Shown one piece after another: positions 60,098 through 64,000 of a stretch of DNA of 64,000 nt (positions are counted from its first letter, which is position 1; each line of letters begins with the position of its first letter). This stretch comes from an uncultured delta proteobacterium (lineage in GTDB: Bacteria > Desulfobacterota > Binatia > Binatales > Binataceae): positions 128,001 through 192,000 of the forward strand of contig CAWCDG010000007.1 of NCBI GenBank assembly GCA_963794325.1, in the 5' to 3' direction. The translations under genes were made by a program, and so were the position numbers. The notes under the pieces are model-generated. The model saw nothing but the letters and a program-made list of their open reading frames with translations. It was not told where the DNA came from and did no database searches.

Positions 60098-61033
60098 ATG
60101 AGCCCATTCGCGATTGGAATAGTGGTCTTTCTGCTGGCGGCCGGGGCCTGCCTGGCATTGTTTATGGCTATCTCGCCGCAAAGCCGCGCGGTTGACGAAC
60201 GCTTCGCCGACTTGGCGGTCAAGGTGCGCGCAACGCAGGGCGCACTCGAAGGCGACGATCAGGACGACAACGTGCTCCGGATGCTTTTCAGATGGGCCTC
60301 CAAGCGCGTCCCGGCTCCGGACCTGGACACTCCCAGCGGCGAGAAGCTCCAGCAAACTCTCGCACAGGCGGGATATCTGAAGTCGAGCGCGGCGCACTCT
60401 TACCAGGTGATGCGTGTGCTGCTGGCCGTCGGCGGGGGCGTGTTGGGGATGCTGGTTGGACTCATCTTTCACCCGGCGTCGTCGACCCCGCTGCTGCTCG
60501 GAATCGGTGGCATCGGAATCGGAATTTTCGTGCCCAGCTACTACCTGGGTCGTCGCGCGCGGCTGCGTCAGGGCAACATCGCAAGGCAACTCTCAGACGT
60601 GCTGGACCTGTTGGTGGTGTGCGTCGAGGCGGGCATGGGATTGTTCGAGGCGATTCGAATCGTCGGCGCGGAATGCGAACGTCATGGGCAGGAAATCGGC
60701 CAGGAGTTGAACCTCGTCGCAACCGATATTTCCGCGGGCGCGTCGCTTGGACAGGCATTGCGCGGGCTGGCCGATCGGACTGCGGTCGAAGATATCAAAC
60801 CGCTCGCGGCAACTTTGATTCAGAGTGAACAACTTGGCGCGCAGATCGGACCTGCATTGCGCGCCAGTTCCGACGCCCTGCGCATGCATCGCCGGCTGCA
60901 TGCCGAGGAAGACGCGCAGAAGGCCTCGATCAAGATTCTGTTCCCGCTGGTCATCTTCGTGCTGCCCTCGATGATCGCGGTAATCATCGGACCAGCCATG
61001 ATCTCCGTCTTCCATACGCTCACCTCGAACTGA
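60098..61033 (+). CDS. tadC: TadC inner-membrane platform protein
   Basis: LDLLVVCVEAGMGL, LIQSEQLG, KILFPLVIFVLP. Confidence 0.9.
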   Translation: MSPFAIGIVVFLLAAGACLALFMAISPQSRAVDERFADLAVKVRATQGALEGDDQDDNVLRMLFRWASKRVPAPDLDTPSGEKLQQTLAQAGYLKSSAAHSYQVMRVLLAVGGGVLGMLVGLIFHPASSTPLLLGIGGIGIGIFVPSYYLGRRARLRQGNIARQLSDVLDLLVVCVEAGMGLFEAIRIVGAECERHGQEIGQELNLVATDISAGASLGQALRGLADRTAVEDIKPLAATLIQSEQLGAQIGPALRASSDALRMHRRLHAEEDAQKASIKILFPLVIFVLPSMIAVIIGPAMISVFHTLTSN

Positions 61034-61069
61034 TTGAGACCGCCGCCGAACGGCGCTCACAAAAACTAC

Positions 61070-61104
61070 ACAGGCCCCGGATCAGATATTGATCCGGGGC
61101 CTGT
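61070..61104 (+). terminator. Stem-loop after tadC
   Basis: ACAGGCCCCGGATCA-GATAT-TGATCCGGGGCCTGT, perfect 15-bp stem. Confidence 0.7.
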
Positions 61105-61241
61105 AGCTTTCTGGCCTGAGTCGTATTTGCTATTGACCAGGAAATCACAGGCTAAAGCCTGTCCCACAAAAATCATGCCTCTCTCCGAAGTGGCACCGGC
61201 TTCAGCCGGTGATTCTCCGCGCTGGCCCGCCCGAGTAAATG

Positions 61242-61273
61242 AAAAAGCGGCCGCGGATTGGTCCGCGGCCGCT
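61242..61273 (-). terminator. Intrinsic terminator of the response regulator gene
   Basis: 12-bp stem AGCGGCCGCGGA/TCCGCGGCCGCT followed by a T-run on the minus strand, 15 nt after the stop. Confidence 0.78.
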
Positions 61274-61287
61274 CCATCAAATCAAAA

Positions 61288-62772
<1,485 letters not shown>

Positions 62773-62951
62773 CTCTACAGGGCCGCGGTTCTCTATGGGG
62801 GGCAAACGCGGCTTAGTGTAGCATTCTCGCCCTCGTCTGTAGGGCTGTCAATATAGGGTAAAAGAGTCTGGATTCCCTACGGTTTTTGCGCGCTAGGGCG
62901 TTGCGGAACTGAAACGCGGCGGTTTTTACCAGTCTGCGGAGACTGGCTTTG

Positions 62952-63212
62952 CTAGTTCGAGGAGGTGTTACGTGAGGTGAGCGGTATCGGCAGCAATCCC
63001 GGCGGCGAACTCAGGTATCCCAAAGCGGGCTCATCCTGGTAGTCGGCTTCGTCGCGAATCTGACGCGCGTTGTCGCGGGCCTCGCAGTCGCCCTGATCCT
63101 GGCAGGTGCTTTTCATGGCGGCAGTTTGGTCGGGATCGGATGCCGCGCATCCATAAAGGCCAGCAGTCGTTGCGAGCACGACGGCGGCCAAAATGAATCT
63201 GAGCGTGCGCAT
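62952..63212 (-). CDS. Small putative lipoprotein
   Basis: Signal peptide with lipobox LYGC; C-x5-C pair. Confidence 0.65.
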   Translation of the reverse strand: MRTLRFILAAVVLATTAGLYGCAASDPDQTAAMKSTCQDQGDCEARDNARQIRDEADYQDEPALGYLSSPPGLLPIPLTSRNTSSN

Positions 63213-63313
63213 AATGGTTCCGCGGATAACCTAGCAGATTATTTGATCGCGACGATACGACGCGGGCACGGTTGCCGAAAAATCCCCGGCGCGCCAGACG
63301 AAAAGCATCTCAG

Positions 63314-63661
63314 TCAGATTGTGACAAACGCGTCGAGCTTGGCGCGGACCAACTGGGCGATGTCGAGCGGCACTTTGGCGCCCGCATAGCGGACCGGGCG
63401 CGCCGTCGTGTCGATGCTACGAATGTGGCTGGTCAGGATTTCGCCGCTGATCGGCAGCCCGGACGGAAGAACCACGCTGGTCGGAAACGGTCGTACGTGG
63501 GAGGTAATCGGACAGACGACCGCCAATCCGGTGTTTTCCGAAAACACTGCCGAAGAGACTACCAAGCCTGGCCGCCGGCCGGCCTGTTCTCTTCCCTTTG
63601 TCGGATCAAAATCGGTCCAGATGAGGTCGCCGGCGTCAGGAATGTAGATCGTCGGCGTCAT
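63314..63661 (-). CDS. mazF: MazF/PemK toxin
   Basis: YIPDAGDLIWTDFDPTKGREQAGRRPGLVVS..VCPITS. Confidence 0.92.
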   Translation of the reverse strand: MTPTIYIPDAGDLIWTDFDPTKGREQAGRRPGLVVSSAVFSENTGLAVVCPITSHVRPFPTSVVLPSGLPISGEILTSHIRSIDTTARPVRYAGAKVPLDIAQLVRAKLDAFVTI

Positions 63662-63918
63662 TCCTCGACGATCTCGCGGCCTGCGTCCGGTCCCCACTCG
63701 AAGGCCTCGTTATAAACTTTTCGCCACTGTCTCGCGCTCTTGCCTTTGAACAGCTCGTCCAGAGTGAAGCGTGGGACCGGACGGCGGATCACGATATCTC
63801 CGTCACGGGTTTCAATCTCGACATGCTCGCCGTCGGTAAGGCCCGCCGCTTTCGCGATCTGACCGGGGAGCCTGACAGCGAGGTTCCTTCCCCATTTTCC
63901 GACTATGACTTGCGGCAA
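63658..63918 (-). CDS. mazE: MazE/AbrB antitoxin
   Basis: KWGRNLAVRLP..FTLDEL..EWGPDAGREI; ATGA overlap with the toxin. Confidence 0.92.
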   Translation of the reverse strand: MPQVIVGKWGRNLAVRLPGQIAKAAGLTDGEHVEIETRDGDIVIRRPVPRFTLDELFKGKSARQWRKVYNEAFEWGPDAGREIVEE

Positions 63919-63932
63919 TTTCGCGCTCCGAT

Positions 63933-63951
63933 TGCTGAGATATTCTCAGCA
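63933..63951. promoter_or_regulatory. Palindromic operator candidate for mazEF autoregulation
   Basis: TGCTGAGA-TAT-TCTCAGCA immediately upstream of mazE. Confidence 0.6.
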
Positions 63952-64000
63952 TATCCCATATTCCGGATTGCGGAAAGGAGGGCTGAGCCAGGAGCGCGTG

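Overview
GC-rich bacterial chromosomal segment. The gene style (serially expanded zinc-ribbon/class-III cyclase/AAA/TPR proteins, kelch and GloVer-repeat secreted proteins, Deltaproteobacteria-like hem cluster) suggests Candidatus Binatota/Binataceae, but this is an inference. In order, it contains: a tandem array of adenylate/guanylate cyclase-STAND genes; a damaged redox locus, including a selenocysteine (UxxC) AhpC/TSA-family gene with a SECIS-like hairpin that the ORF track splits; PhzF, thiolase, 3-hydroxyacyl-CoA dehydrogenase and zwf; a coupled lipoate-ligase-like/HEAT/F420-PPOX/M24 operon; an RcnR-like repressor with an atypical P1B ATPase; a TPP enzyme, O-methyltransferase, HtrA, a WecA fusion, FkbM and a GH1; glgA, lon and rnhA; the tetrapyrrole cluster (sirC-ccsA-hemA-hemC-cobA/hemD and hemB); a Tad/Flp pilus locus with three pilins; a sigma54 response regulator; and two MazE/MazF-type TA pairs. 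The most notable hidden signals are: (i) two tandem 58-aa membrane microproteins behind a sigma54 + IHF + palindrome promoter architecture, (ii) the selenoprotein, (iii) a deletion-fusion and two frameshifts in the redox/cyclase locus, and (iv) several families of modular intergenic hairpin repeats with compensatory base changes. No rRNA, tRNA, CRISPR array or transposase was recognised.
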